DNA of 64,000 nucleotides from Candidatus Thorarchaeota archaeon (GTDB lineage Archaea > Asgardarchaeota > Thorarchaeia > Thorarchaeales > Thorarchaeaceae), in assembly GCA_048882485.1 (NCBI GenBank), contig JBHLRP010000005.1, positions 2,601 to 66,600 of the forward strand. The letters are read 5' to 3'. The position numbers and the translations under genes were made by a program. Numbering within the stretch: position 1 is the first letter of the stretch; each line of letters opens with the position of its first letter. Below the pieces are notes generated by a model. The model made no database searches, was not told the DNA's origin, and was given only the letters and a program-made list of their open reading frames with translations. Of this stretch, positions 36,172-46,446 are shown in pieces.

Positions 36172-38901
36172 CTAGGACTTTCGATTCTGCGTAAAAATGA
36201 TGATCACGAGAACAACAATGACTCCAACAAGAGCTGCTATTATTCCAATCGAAGCATCGAAGGGGCCTGGTTGTGTCGGTGTTGTGGCTGTGGACTCAAG
36301 AACAGCAACTATGAATGATGCTGAAGCACTGTTTCCTTCGTTGTCAGTAACTGTGACACTCAGGTGATAACCTCCTGGAGCTAGGACAGTTTTGTTTGTC
36401 ACTAGTCCATCCGTGATTTCAAAATTGGTGGTGTCATCGATTGTCCAAGTGGCGATACCGGACAAGTCTGTAGCCATCAATTGATAACTCAATGGGTCTC
36501 CGAACATCAGTACTTTATCTGCTGGAGATTGAATCCAAGTGGGCGCTGTAGTGTCCACAACTCCAACGATATCAGAAACAGAAGTCCATGACCCTGAGTA
36601 GGGTTCCATATACACGGTATAGGCAATAGTTCCAACTGAATCGGGAATCCACGAATACGAGAAGGAATCACCTGATTTTGACATTGAGTGATTTACTCCA
36701 TTGAATTCCAATAGAACCTGTTTGATTCCAGTGATGTGAGTAACATCAATCGAGATAGTCATTGATTCTCCCAGCTCAATGGGACTCGTAGTTTCAGCGA
36801 GATTGGACCAAACTGGTGCACTCTCCAGAATTTCGTATCTGAAACTGCCTGTTGCCCATGGACTCCAAATCCCCATACTATCGCAAGTTCTGATACGCCA
36901 GTAGTATGTAGTTGCATTAACCAATGGTGAGCCGCTGTACTCTAGTGAATTTAATTCGTAGATGAAATCTAGAATCATGTTGTAAGTTGCAGTATCATTT
37001 CCTTCGTACATTTTAGAATCAAACGCACGATATCCACCTTGCCCGTTTTGAAATATCGCTCGTTGCTCTCCACTGACAAAACTATCGAATCTCAACTCTA
37101 CCATGAGATTGTGTGTATTTGAATAAAAGAATAGGTCATCCACATCAATAGCTAATACTCCTCCTATATCACGCACTATATACTCATCCGCAGATAGTAC
37201 TAGCGTTGGAGTCATCCCTGCGTAATTGCTATCCATATCTGTGTGACTAAGTTCTCCCTCTAGTGGAGTTTCGATAAGATAAACTGAGAAATTCTCGTAT
37301 ACGACATCACCAGTCATACCTGCAGGAAAGAGAATCCTGTCAATGATGCCTTCATCGTTAATCATACATCGATTGTATTTGAATTGAAATCTTCCTGAAT
37401 CTCCCAGACTTAGCCCAAATGGAATACTGTTTGTTATAACACCCTCTGAAAACACATCATAGCTTACAATTTCAAGTCTAAGACCGTGAGTTCGGGCACT
37501 AACAGCATCTGCAGTTGAACCGTAATATGCACCACCATCGGGCACAGGATCGGCGCTACCTGCAATTGAGCCACCACTAACTGTATAGTTGCAATTTACT
37601 ATTGTGCCCGATGCACCTGTATGCCGCAATTCAATAATCAGGTTTAAGCTAGATGATGCAACAAATGTGTTTTCTATATCGATTGTCATGAATCCATCTT
37701 TTGTGATTCCAGTAAATTCGGTTCGATTCAACACTTGAATTGGTGTCCCACCATCGTAATTAGCCTCGAAATCAGTCGTTAAGTCACTTGAATCGTCTAC
37801 ACTGATCATATAGATTGCCAAATCATTGTATGTTGTTGTCCCAGACAATTTGTCCATTTCAAATAATAGCTTGTCAACAACCCCAGATTTGGGAATCATT
37901 GATGAAGGCCATTTATATTGAAAACGCAATTCATAGGGGGCGTTGAAAGCATCACCTGGAGGTATTATTCCCGCTCCTCCGGTGTCATGTATAACTGAAA
38001 TCTCACTGTTATTTTTCCGCATCAAGAGTGTATCATCAAAGGCAGAGTTGTTCCATACTTCAAGTTCGAAATTCTTTTGAATATCATCTTGGTTTCCATC
38101 ATTAAATGTCCAACTGAACTCAGGATTTGCACTATTGATGTAGTCAATCTGAGGTGATTCTGAGAAACCATCGATCAATAGATTTGAAGTTGTTGGAACT
38201 GCATATTCAATTGATATATGGGGCATAATATAGTACCCTGAATCACCGAGAGTGATTGCATATTCTTTTGATGAAAACGCTAGATTTGAGGTGTCAGTTG
38301 TATTCTCATTTTCAAAGGCTAGAACTAGTGTAAGAATTCCATCTTGTTCAACCGTTTGAGCAACCTCTTCAGTTATGTCCCATTCATACCAGAAACCAAC
38401 GTCAAACATGTCTGGGCTTGCTGGTGAATCTATAACATCCACAGGGATTAAGTTGTACTCAGGTTGATTATTCCAAGTGATAGCATTCTCTGTCCATGAG
38501 TCGTTTTCAGACACGAAAATCCCTCTAGGATAATCTGCAGAACCAACACCTGAAACAGTGAATAGATTCACTGCTGCTTTTGCAAACTGAAGGTTATTTG
38601 GTAAATGAGTGAGGTTGAACTTCAACCATGAACGAGATATATCTCCACTCGCATTACTGCAATCAAGTAGGTTCGACAATTCATAATTCGTATCTGGAGT
38701 GCTCTCCAATACTGGTGCGTCATCGCTTATCCTGATCACAGTAACCTCGTATCCAGGCGTTGCAGCAAGAGTCGTAGACACACCTGCAATTTCACTCACT
38801 CCAGCGAAATTTGTAGCGATTGGAACTGCCGTAGAAACTATACTAAATGTCAATATGAAAATCAAAGTGATGGTGGTTCTTTTCAATGCAATACTCTCCA
38901 T
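36172..38901 (-). CDS. Large cell-surface protein (DNRLRE-like domain, Fn3-like domain with nested repeats, Ig-like stalk, C-terminal TM)
   Basis: Signal peptide, SRSWLKFNL...WTENAITWNNQP, YYWRIRT.DS.G.WSPW, TM segment plus RKS tail. Confidence 0.82.
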   Translation of the reverse strand: MESIALKRTTITLIFILTFSIVSTAVPIATNFAGVSEIAGVSTTLAATPGYEVTVIRISDDAPVLESTPDTNYELSNLLDCSNASGDISRSWLKFNLTHLPNNLQFAKAAVNLFTVSGVGSADYPRGIFVSENDSWTENAITWNNQPEYNLIPVDVIDSPASPDMFDVGFWYEWDITEEVAQTVEQDGILTLVLAFENENTTDTSNLAFSSKEYAITLGDSGYYIMPHISIEYAVPTTSNLLIDGFSESPQIDYINSANPEFSWTFNDGNQDDIQKNFELEVWNNSAFDDTLLMRKNNSEISVIHDTGGAGIIPPGDAFNAPYELRFQYKWPSSMIPKSGVVDKLLFEMDKLSGTTTYNDLAIYMISVDDSSDLTTDFEANYDGGTPIQVLNRTEFTGITKDGFMTIDIENTFVASSSLNLIIELRHTGASGTIVNCNYTVSGGSIAGSADPVPDGGAYYGSTADAVSARTHGLRLEIVSYDVFSEGVITNSIPFGLSLGDSGRFQFKYNRCMINDEGIIDRILFPAGMTGDVVYENFSVYLIETPLEGELSHTDMDSNYAGMTPTLVLSADEYIVRDIGGVLAIDVDDLFFYSNTHNLMVELRFDSFVSGEQRAIFQNGQGGYRAFDSKMYEGNDTATYNMILDFIYELNSLEYSGSPLVNATTYYWRIRTCDSMGIWSPWATGSFRYEILESAPVWSNLAETTSPIELGESMTISIDVTHITGIKQVLLEFNGVNHSMSKSGDSFSYSWIPDSVGTIAYTVYMEPYSGSWTSVSDIVGVVDTTAPTWIQSPADKVLMFGDPLSYQLMATDLSGIATWTIDDTTNFEITDGLVTNKTVLAPGGYHLSVTVTDNEGNSASASFIVAVLESTATTPTQPGPFDASIGIIAALVGVIVVLVIIIFTQNRKS

Positions 38902-39094
38902 TGAGCTACTAGGAATTCATCTTACATTTGCAGAATACCTACATCTAGTTTGACCTGATGAATACAGAATGTTCATCCTATCATGCGACCAGACATCGAA
39001 TAAGTATATCATTATTCTTGAAATCTAAGTTACTTAGAAAGTGTTTTCTTTGATTAGAAGAAGACCACATCTCTGCAATTGGGATTCATCGACT

Positions 39095-40225
39095 TCAGAT
39101 AAACTCAAACCCATGTTCAAATTCCGCTTTCAACTGCTTTACAGTCTGTACTTTCATGTTTATCGAGAAGGCGCGAGCCAGCTTGTAGGCGTTCTCAAGT
39201 TCAGTCAGAAAATCTAAGAAGTCGGTCACTGCTTTGGATTTTGGACGAACCTGGCGAGTCTTCTTGACAAACTCGGACAATTGCTTTGTAACGAGAACGA
39301 TGTAATTTGCTACACGATCATAACTGGCAAGCATCAAATCAGAAAACGATACTACTGGACGGTAGTATTTCGGGCGAGACCCTGAAACTTTCACAATCCC
39401 CCTCTTTACAGCGTAGGCAAGAACTTCTGAAATGATGCTTCTAGGAAGGAGTGTTGCTCGTTCTATTTGATCCTGTGTGACACAACCTTCAAGCAGGACG
39501 CAATGAACTACCACCAGCTGGTTGGCTATCGCCTGAGAGAACAATGGATTCAGATAGGTCTTAATCCCCGTGAAGTATTCATTCTTTAGGAGCAAGATGT
39601 TGCCGGTCATATGGTCCTCGCCATCAGGGAGTCCTTCCTCCGTAATCGAGGTGACCTTCTTGAGCTTCAAAAGGAATTCTGACAGAGAACCTTTCTCCAA
39701 AACACTCTCATCCTGAAGACCGAGGTTTTTCAAGGATCCAGAAGACAGAGCCTTCTTGAATGGCTCAACACTGGCACTTCGCATTTGGTGAATCAGATTG
39801 AGATAGAGCCGCATATTTCTGAGATATCTTCTGAAACGTATGATTGTTTCATCCTCGTCATCCCAGGTATTGGATTTCTCAAGAATGGAATCAACTAGAT
39901 TGATGTCAACATCCTGTACGTCCACTCGTCTCTGTAGAAGATCAAGAACAAAGCTACTAGCTGCATCATCATAGGCATAGTAGTTCCTGCGGTTGCCCTT
40001 CTTCTTTACAGCACGTATTGGCAGAAGCAGCTGTATCTTTTGGATAGCAAGTGATACTGTAGCCTGGGAGTAGCCAGTAAGTTCCATTATCCTATCCTGA
40101 CTGACTGGTTCGTTTTCAGAACTAATGGCCATAACGCACCCAAAGAAATTGCGGGGGTAGGGATTTGCGCCATGGACTTCTTCCATGTATCGGATGAAGT
40201 CACGTTTCACTCTCTCAAGCTTCAT
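39095..40225 (-). CDS. Transcriptional regulator with two GbsR-like wHTH domains
   Basis: SQDRIMELTGYSQATVS and TQDQIERATLLPRSIIS HTHs; start moved to MKLERV at 40225. Confidence 0.75.
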   Translation of the reverse strand: MKLERVKRDFIRYMEEVHGANPYPRNFFGCVMAISSENEPVSQDRIMELTGYSQATVSLAIQKIQLLLPIRAVKKKGNRRNYYAYDDAASSFVLDLLQRRVDVQDVDINLVDSILEKSNTWDDEDETIIRFRRYLRNMRLYLNLIHQMRSASVEPFKKALSSGSLKNLGLQDESVLEKGSLSEFLLKLKKVTSITEEGLPDGEDHMTGNILLLKNEYFTGIKTYLNPLFSQAIANQLVVVHCVLLEGCVTQDQIERATLLPRSIISEVLAYAVKRGIVKVSGSRPKYYRPVVSFSDLMLASYDRVANYIVLVTKQLSEFVKKTRQVRPKSKAVTDFLDFLTELENAYKLARAFSINMKVQTVKQLKAEFEHGFEFI

Positions 40226-40248
40226 GTCTACAGTCTCTCGAGATTGCT

Positions 40249-40279
40249 TATTTCGTAAATATTTAAAAGTTACGAAATA
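40249..40279. promoter_or_regulatory. Inverted repeat TATTTCGTAA-N11-TTACGAAATA bracketing a TTTAAA box between divergent genes
   Basis: Perfect 10-bp arms in a 72-bp divergent intergenic region. Confidence 0.7.
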
Positions 40280-40297
40280 TAATATTGTGTGAAGAAA

Positions 40298-41698
40298 ATG
40301 ATTACTACTGAAGAGAGTAAACCATACAAGCGAATCATTACAGGGCAGGAACGTCGATTCCTTTTTGGTCCCAATGCACACATCTCATTGGTACTAAGAC
40401 TCAAAAGCCAGGTGTCAGAACAGGCGCTGGAAGCGGCTGTTGAGAAAATGCTCAAAACCTATCCTCAGTTCGGAGTGCGGATTGAGTGGGATGAAGCTGG
40501 AGTCCATGACTCTACGACTGAGGGAGCTGCAAAGATTCCTGTGAAAGCGTACACACGTGAGTCTGATTGTCACTGGATAGATGTATTGAACCTTGAACAT
40601 GCTATTCCGCTGAGACCCTCCAAAGGTCCGTTGACCCGCTTCATTCTTGTGAAAGGGGACAACACTTCAGAGCTAATAGTATTCTGCCATCATACAATCA
40701 GTGATGGTAGGTCTCTAGAGTTTGCACTTAGAGAGGTGCTTCTACATCTCAACGATCCCAAAAGGAAATCACCGGAGTTTCTAGATGTGCCGCCGCAGAC
40801 TTTGGAAATATTCCCCAAAGGTTCAGAGTGGGGGCGTGTCAAAAGGAGCCTTGTGGGTAGGATCAACAAGAATTGGCAGAGAGAAAAGGTCCTATTTGAT
40901 GAGGAAGATCTGGTGAACATCTGGGAGGCTTCTTGGAAGAACACATCCTATGGCATCGAGATTATCGAGTTTGATGAAACTGAGACAGAACGATTAGTTG
41001 AGGTCTCCAGGGAGAATGATGTTACCCTCAATTCCGCACTTCTGATTGCACTTCTAAAAGCACGAATTGACTCGGTTGGACCCTACGATGGCAAGGCGAA
41101 GGTTGCCACAGCAGTGGATGCCAGAAAGAGACTGCAGATTGACTGCAGTGATGCGGTAGGATTCTACGCAGGCGGCTCTTTCATGGAATTCAAGTATAAG
41201 GAGAGTGCGTCACTATGGGACAATGTGCGCGTCTACCACAAAGCTGTAAGCAAGGATTTGGAAAACAATAATGTCTTTGAGACTGTTGTCAGTCATCATT
41301 ATCTTGACCAAACTCTGGTTGATGCCATGTCAGTTGCTTTCTACGGTGACCAAATCGAACCTCATCAGAGTCGATACTCAAAGCTGTCCGCATATGCGAG
41401 TAAGAAGGACGGAATGGTTACGAAATATCTTGAGAGAATTGGAGGCAGAGCACCTGATATCATCAGCACTAACTTAGGCAAGCTAGGCATTCCTGACAAG
41501 ATATCTGGTATTGAAGTTGAGAGGGCATTCTTCACACCATCAGCTGGCATGAAGATGGAGATTGTCCTCGGCATTGCCACGGTGAGTGGGAAGCTGACTT
41601 TGACCTTGAACTACTATCATGGATATGCTGATAGCGAAGCCATCAAGAAGATACGTGATAGAGCAGAGGAGATTCTGAGAAGTCTGATCGAAAACTGA
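40298..41698 (+). CDS. Stand-alone condensation-domain/alcohol acyltransferase (PapA5/Atf-like)
   Basis: HHxxxDG (CHHTISDG), GPLTRFILV, VTLNSAL, STNLG. Confidence 0.82.
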   Translation: MITTEESKPYKRIITGQERRFLFGPNAHISLVLRLKSQVSEQALEAAVEKMLKTYPQFGVRIEWDEAGVHDSTTEGAAKIPVKAYTRESDCHWIDVLNLEHAIPLRPSKGPLTRFILVKGDNTSELIVFCHHTISDGRSLEFALREVLLHLNDPKRKSPEFLDVPPQTLEIFPKGSEWGRVKRSLVGRINKNWQREKVLFDEEDLVNIWEASWKNTSYGIEIIEFDETETERLVEVSRENDVTLNSALLIALLKARIDSVGPYDGKAKVATAVDARKRLQIDCSDAVGFYAGGSFMEFKYKESASLWDNVRVYHKAVSKDLENNNVFETVVSHHYLDQTLVDAMSVAFYGDQIEPHQSRYSKLSAYASKKDGMVTKYLERIGGRAPDIISTNLGKLGIPDKISGIEVERAFFTPSAGMKMEIVLGIATVSGKLTLTLNYYHGYADSEAIKKIRDRAEEILRSLIEN

Positions 41699-41739
41699 TT
41701 CAGTGATTCAGAGACCAGGTTCACGGACGTCAATGTTTA

Positions 41740-41779
41740 TATGTAGATGTCTACATAGGTATATGTAGAACTCTACATA
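41740..41779. promoter_or_regulatory. Two tandem 18-bp palindromes TATGTAGA-N2-TCTACATA (PadR-type operator)
   Basis: At 41740-41757 and 41762-41779, 22 bp apart, between a TTTATA box and the SD of a padR gene. Confidence 0.8.
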
Positions 41780-41796
41780 AGTTGGTGACTATATAA

Positions 41797-42375
41797 TTGG
41801 AATTTCCTGGACCTAGAAGAATGGGCCCCCCAAGAAAAAGCATCAGTCGGGTAGAGCTCCTTATCCTGGCTCAGCTGAGACAAGGACCTGCTCACGGGTA
41901 TGCAATTCTATCGGGCCTCAAAGAACAACTTGGAATGCTGTTGAAGAGCGGTACATTGTACCCTGCTCTTCGCAGACTATCCAACAGAGGCTTGATCAAG
42001 GGGAGGAGAGTCCGTCAAGAAGTACGTCCAGACGCCATAGAATATTCCATTACTCCACGAGGAGAAAAGGTCCTTACTCGAGTTCTCCAACACATGGGAG
42101 GAGAAATGCATATGCAGGACAAGTTTTGGAGTTTCCTTGGGGAAGCTGCAAGAGGTGAAACTGCTACTGTTCTTTTTGACCATGCGAAGCGTCACAAGAG
42201 CCCTATAGCATTTGCCGCTCTTAAGAAAGCGGGATGGTCACCAGGACTATTTTCGATGCGAGAAGATTTCCTCAAGGAGTACCGTGACTACCTGAAAAAC
42301 GAATTAGCTTGGGTAACCCAACGTTTAGGGGAACTCGGAAGTGAAGAAGACGAATGGGAGGTGAAAAGCGAATAA
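41797..42375 (+). CDS. PadR family transcriptional regulator
   Basis: GPAHGYAI, SGTLYPALRRL, YSITPRG. Confidence 0.9.
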   Translation: MEFPGPRRMGPPRKSISRVELLILAQLRQGPAHGYAILSGLKEQLGMLLKSGTLYPALRRLSNRGLIKGRRVRQEVRPDAIEYSITPRGEKVLTRVLQHMGGEMHMQDKFWSFLGEAARGETATVLFDHAKRHKSPIAFAALKKAGWSPGLFSMREDFLKEYRDYLKNELAWVTQRLGELGSEEDEWEVKSE

Positions 42376-42593
42376 TGTGTGATTCACATCCACGCATGAG
42401 AGGAAGACATGGATTTGGCTTCGGAATGATGCCGGGACTATTTGGATTCATGGATTGCGCTCCAGGCTATGAAAGCAAGGAAACAGCGATCAAACGTCTT
42501 GAAGCATTAAGGTCACATTTAGAGGACAGAATTAGGCAGATAGATGAGAAGATAGCTGAACTGCGGTCTCCTGGTGAAGGCGAAGAGGTCTAG
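42375..42593 (+). CDS. Small DUF5320-like coiled-coil protein
   Basis: Gly/Met-rich N-terminus, then SKETAIKRLE...IDEKIAEL; TAATG overlap with padR and GGAGGTG SD. Confidence 0.65.
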   Translation: MCDSHPRMRGRHGFGFGMMPGLFGFMDCAPGYESKETAIKRLEALRSHLEDRIRQIDEKIAELRSPGEGEEV

Positions 42594-42705
42594 ACGACCT
42601 AAACTCGGGACTTCCACTGTGCTGTCGAGGCCCCAACATCGCCTTCTTTAGTATATTGATTTGTTTCCCTTTTATTTCTTCATTAACAACCAACACTCTT
42701 TAAGC

Positions 42706-42743
42706 GGCGAGAGGACACCCACGATTTCCCGCGTCCTCTCGCC
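42706..42743 (-). terminator. GC-rich hairpin 3' of the DUF3160 gene
   Basis: GGCGAGAGGAC...GTCCTCTCGCC 11-bp arms; on the minus strand an inner GCGG-GAAA-UCGU hairpin. Confidence 0.5.
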
Positions 42744-42759
42744 ATCTTCCTCGCCGTGA

Positions 42760-45018
42760 CTACTCTGATTCCTTAGAGGTGATTGCACTTGCTGCAAGCA
42801 GAGTGACTCCGGAGTCAGTCACAAAACTTGCAGTCCAAGTTGGTAGGTGCGGCACCTCATCCTGTGTAAGCATATCTTGCCAAGCCTCATCTGTAAGTCG
42901 ATCATCCATCGGCCAAGTAAACTCGTAGTATGAGAATACTCCCCCTCTGGTGAGAATGACTTGTCCATCAACTTCAACAGCTACATAGATGACCATAGGT
43001 CTTCCAACTGCCTCTTCAAGCACACTCGAAGTATTAGGGTCGGTGTGAACATCAGCAATGACAGCCATGTCATCGTCAGCATCTGATGTAAGGTAGTCAT
43101 CCTGTGGCAATGCAACAATTGATCCCAATGTCTTTCCACAGCCTTCGATTAGGTAGTATTCTGACTCCGTCAGAGGAGTTCCCTCCAACTCCTTGATAGA
43201 AATTGTCTGGAGATCCAATAGAAGATCGTATAGGGCGTTCAGCTTGTTGTCAATCAAAGTGGACAGAAGGGTCCTAGAATCAAGCCCATCAATCATCATC
43301 TTACATAATGAAGCCAAACGCGCATATACTCGGGGAACAGGCTCTACATATCCCCTAACAGGAGGTGGCATTGCTGTCAATTCCCAAGTATAAGACTGCT
43401 TGGCGTAGAGAATTGTATCATGCCTTAGCTCAGCCCATGAGCCAAGTGCGGTGGATAGCTGCTTATCAACCCAAGCTTCGCTCTGCATGAAGAAAGGATA
43501 GCCTTCACCTGGATCGGATAGAAGAGGTAGAAGAGAATAGAGCCATAGATAGTAAAGGTTGCTTGTCCACTCGGCATCAGTGATGTTGGCGACCATTTCC
43601 CAGAGCACGCTCATCTGTGATTCGTAGTTCTCATAGTCTCTTTCCGGTTCTAGGAGTTCCCATGCTCTCTCCGATCCAAGAGCAGCCATCACATCGAGAC
43701 CCATTGGCATGAGTCTTGGATTCGACATAGTCCCCACATTTTTGTACACGAGTTGTCCGAGAATGTAGCTATCTGGAATGTAGCGTTGTCCCATGAACCT
43801 AAGTCCCATGGTTTGCGTCAGGGTCAAGAAATCCGCAACAGGATGACCCAATATCGCTGGTTCTCGGAACTCTAATGCAGCATCAATGAAGTCCTCCAAC
43901 AGGGCATCATCATCAAGGTCAACAATTGTGACTTCAGAGCCGTAGATGGTCTGGACCAACTCCAAGTACTCAGTTGGCAGCAGATCATCCGCAGACCCAA
44001 CAAAGAAGACTGTAGGCTCATAGATCGCGTCCCACAAGTCATAACCTATGATTCCAGCTGGCAAGGTGGATATCTCATCCATCAGAGCCAATGAGATGAG
44101 AATTGCCTGAGCGGTGTTGTCCATTCCCTTGTCATTGGGGAATTCTGGAAGATCGGGTTGCAGTCGAAATGACACTCTCCCAAACCACATCATTGCCTGG
44201 AAATATCGCTCAAGAGTTTCACTGCGGGTGTAATGACCCCTTGGCACGAATTGAGTGAAGTCTTCTCGATATCCTTGGAACCACTCATCGGTCATTTCAT
44301 TGTGTGCATCAATCAGAGTAAGCACATTGGTGACCTCAGTGCCAATCTCAACTGGGAAGGCTGGAGGAATCACATAATTGCTATCGATGAGCTTCAGAGC
44401 CACTGTAAGGAACATCATGTTTCTTAATGCCGCTTCTTTCCATCTGCCTTCTGGGGCCACAAGGTATTGTCCATAGCTGGAATCCAGCATAGAGGCAGTC
44501 AGGTTGCCAAGAAGGTCCCAGAAGGAATAGACTTCAACCTCCCTAAGAGCTAAGTCGTAGAGTACGTGGAATGCATGCAGGACGGCATCTGAAGAAACGA
44601 AACTAGGAATATCCTCATCATCATTCAATTCCAATATTTCGTGGATCTGTTTGTATTCAATTTGAGTGGCAGCAGCAAATCCGCTCATTTCTATCTTGAG
44701 AAGCAGGTCACTAGGAAGGGTTCCGAATTGGCCAAGATTGACCACATTTGAAAGACCCTGGTAGACTGTGTATTCGGGTGCATTAGGTACAAACGACTCT
44801 TCATGAGGCTCAAAATCAGCAAAGTTGCTGGCCACAATATTATCGATTGTATAGACGGGCATATTCAGATGGGATGGTGGAAATGCGGGATGAAAGGCGC
44901 CACCCAAATACCCTATAGTGCCCACAAGACTTACTGCAAGAAGTGCAGATACAAGTCCTGCAGCAAACATCTTTTGCCTGATATCGCTATCAATAGCTCT
45001 CGCAATGACTTGAAGCAT
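42760..45018 (-). CDS. DUF3160 domain exported protein
   Basis: FVSSDAVLHAFH, PRGHYT, RFMGQRYIPDS, LGSWAELRHDTILYAKQSY, GYVEP, IADVHT, FSYYEF, RLTDEAW. Confidence 0.88.
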   Translation of the reverse strand: MLQVIARAIDSDIRQKMFAAGLVSALLAVSLVGTIGYLGGAFHPAFPPSHLNMPVYTIDNIVASNFADFEPHEESFVPNAPEYTVYQGLSNVVNLGQFGTLPSDLLLKIEMSGFAAATQIEYKQIHEILELNDDEDIPSFVSSDAVLHAFHVLYDLALREVEVYSFWDLLGNLTASMLDSSYGQYLVAPEGRWKEAALRNMMFLTVALKLIDSNYVIPPAFPVEIGTEVTNVLTLIDAHNEMTDEWFQGYREDFTQFVPRGHYTRSETLERYFQAMMWFGRVSFRLQPDLPEFPNDKGMDNTAQAILISLALMDEISTLPAGIIGYDLWDAIYEPTVFFVGSADDLLPTEYLELVQTIYGSEVTIVDLDDDALLEDFIDAALEFREPAILGHPVADFLTLTQTMGLRFMGQRYIPDSYILGQLVYKNVGTMSNPRLMPMGLDVMAALGSERAWELLEPERDYENYESQMSVLWEMVANITDAEWTSNLYYLWLYSLLPLLSDPGEGYPFFMQSEAWVDKQLSTALGSWAELRHDTILYAKQSYTWELTAMPPPVRGYVEPVPRVYARLASLCKMMIDGLDSRTLLSTLIDNKLNALYDLLLDLQTISIKELEGTPLTESEYYLIEGCGKTLGSIVALPQDDYLTSDADDDMAVIADVHTDPNTSSVLEEAVGRPMVIYVAVEVDGQVILTRGGVFSYYEFTWPMDDRLTDEAWQDMLTQDEVPHLPTWTASFVTDSGVTLLAASAITSKESE

Positions 45019-45161
45019 GCTATTCTACAATGCTCAAACTTACTTAGTACCATGGAATAGAACACTGCGTCCATACTTTAGAACAGAGTTGTGAATTCGG
45101 TGCTGACAAGGAAGAAGAGATTAATCTGAAGAAAGTGAAGACTCATTGTGCGTGGTAACAA

Positions 45162-45617
45162 TTGTCGGATACAAGTGACGAGACCTCTCTCGACCCAGAA
45201 CTTAGAGGAAACACACTCAGAGTCTACTGGTTGATGCTGTCTCAAAACGAGGCAGTGGGTGTCAGAGAGGTACAGAGGGCGTTGGGCATGTCTAGCCCTT
45301 CAGTGGCAAGTCACCATCTATCGAAGCTTGTTTCATTGGAGCTTGTTGAGAAGCTCCCTGACAACTCTTACGAGGTTAGCCGAGTTGTCAAAGTTGGAGT
45401 CCTCAGAAATTTCATCGGCTTTCGGGGAAGGTTTCTTCCACGCTACATGTTTGTGGCCATCTTCTTCACAATGGCGACCCTAGCTTATCTTGCGATAAGT
45501 TTCCTGAATCCTAGACCGGGACTCTATGACAAGTTCATTGCTCTTGCTATTGGCTCGGTTGGAGCACTCTTTGCATGGTGGGAAACGATTAGGCTATGGA
45601 AACTGAAATTGACATGA
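45162..45617 (+). CDS. Membrane-anchored wHTH regulator
   Basis: LRGNTLRVY...GVREVQRALGMSSPSVASHHL; two C-terminal TM segments. Confidence 0.82.
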   Translation: MSDTSDETSLDPELRGNTLRVYWLMLSQNEAVGVREVQRALGMSSPSVASHHLSKLVSLELVEKLPDNSYEVSRVVKVGVLRNFIGFRGRFLPRYMFVAIFFTMATLAYLAISFLNPRPGLYDKFIALAIGSVGALFAWWETIRLWKLKLT

Positions 45618-45638
45618 CTCCAAGCAGTTGTTGAATCG

Positions 45639-46406
45639 TCATCCTTTGGAACTGATCTCAAGTCTTATGGGGCAGTGGTCAGAACCAAAGACCTCGCTTA
45701 GGATGTCACTTCCTACTAATTGAGCTTTGAATTCCTCGTTTATTACGAAATAATCCAGTCGCCATCCAACGTTCTTGGCTCTGGCGTTGTGAAGGTATGA
45801 CCACCAAGTATAGTGACCTCCTTCCTGAGTTTGCTCCCTGAATGTGTCAATGTATCCTTTGGAAAGCATCCGATCAAACCAGGACCTTTCATCATCAGTG
45901 AATCCTGCATGACCACGATTGCTCTTGGGCCTTGCTATGTCTATCTCCTTATGTGAAACATTGAAATCGCCAGTTACGATGACGCCTTTTTCTTTCCGCA
46001 GTTCTTGGGCATATCTAAGCAATCTGGCATTGAAATCCAATTTGAAGTCGAGTCTTTCAAGCATGCGACCTGCATTCGGGAAATATACATTCACAAGGTA
46101 GAACTTGTCATATTCTGCAGTAATGGCACGCCCTTCAGTGTCAAATCCCTTTTTGTCAGTGCCTCTGAAAACAGAGATTGGTGGTTCCTTGGTAAGGATC
46201 ATGGTGCCACTGTATCCCTTCTTCGCTGCGTGATGCCAATGCTGCTCATATTCGCTCAGTGCCAACGGTGCAATGTCATCCATTCCGGATGACGACTTCG
46301 TTTCTTGAAAACAGTGGACATCAGCATTTTCGTTTTGAATGAACTCAAGAAGGCCCTTCTTGAGACATGCCCGAATCCCATTAACATTCCAGGAGATTAT
46401 TTTCAA
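45639..46406 (-). CDS. xth: Exodeoxyribonuclease III / AP endonuclease
   Basis: SWNVNGIRA, QETK, GYSG, EGR, YFPN, GDFN, YTWWSY, GWRLDY, GSDHCP. Confidence 0.95.
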   Translation of the reverse strand: MKIISWNVNGIRACLKKGLLEFIQNENADVHCFQETKSSSGMDDIAPLALSEYEQHWHHAAKKGYSGTMILTKEPPISVFRGTDKKGFDTEGRAITAEYDKFYLVNVYFPNAGRMLERLDFKLDFNARLLRYAQELRKEKGVIVTGDFNVSHKEIDIARPKSNRGHAGFTDDERSWFDRMLSKGYIDTFREQTQEGGHYTWWSYLHNARAKNVGWRLDYFVINEEFKAQLVGSDILSEVFGSDHCPIRLEISSKG

Positions 46407-46446
46407 GATGCTCGTTCATATCAACATTGGAGCCTACAATTCTATC

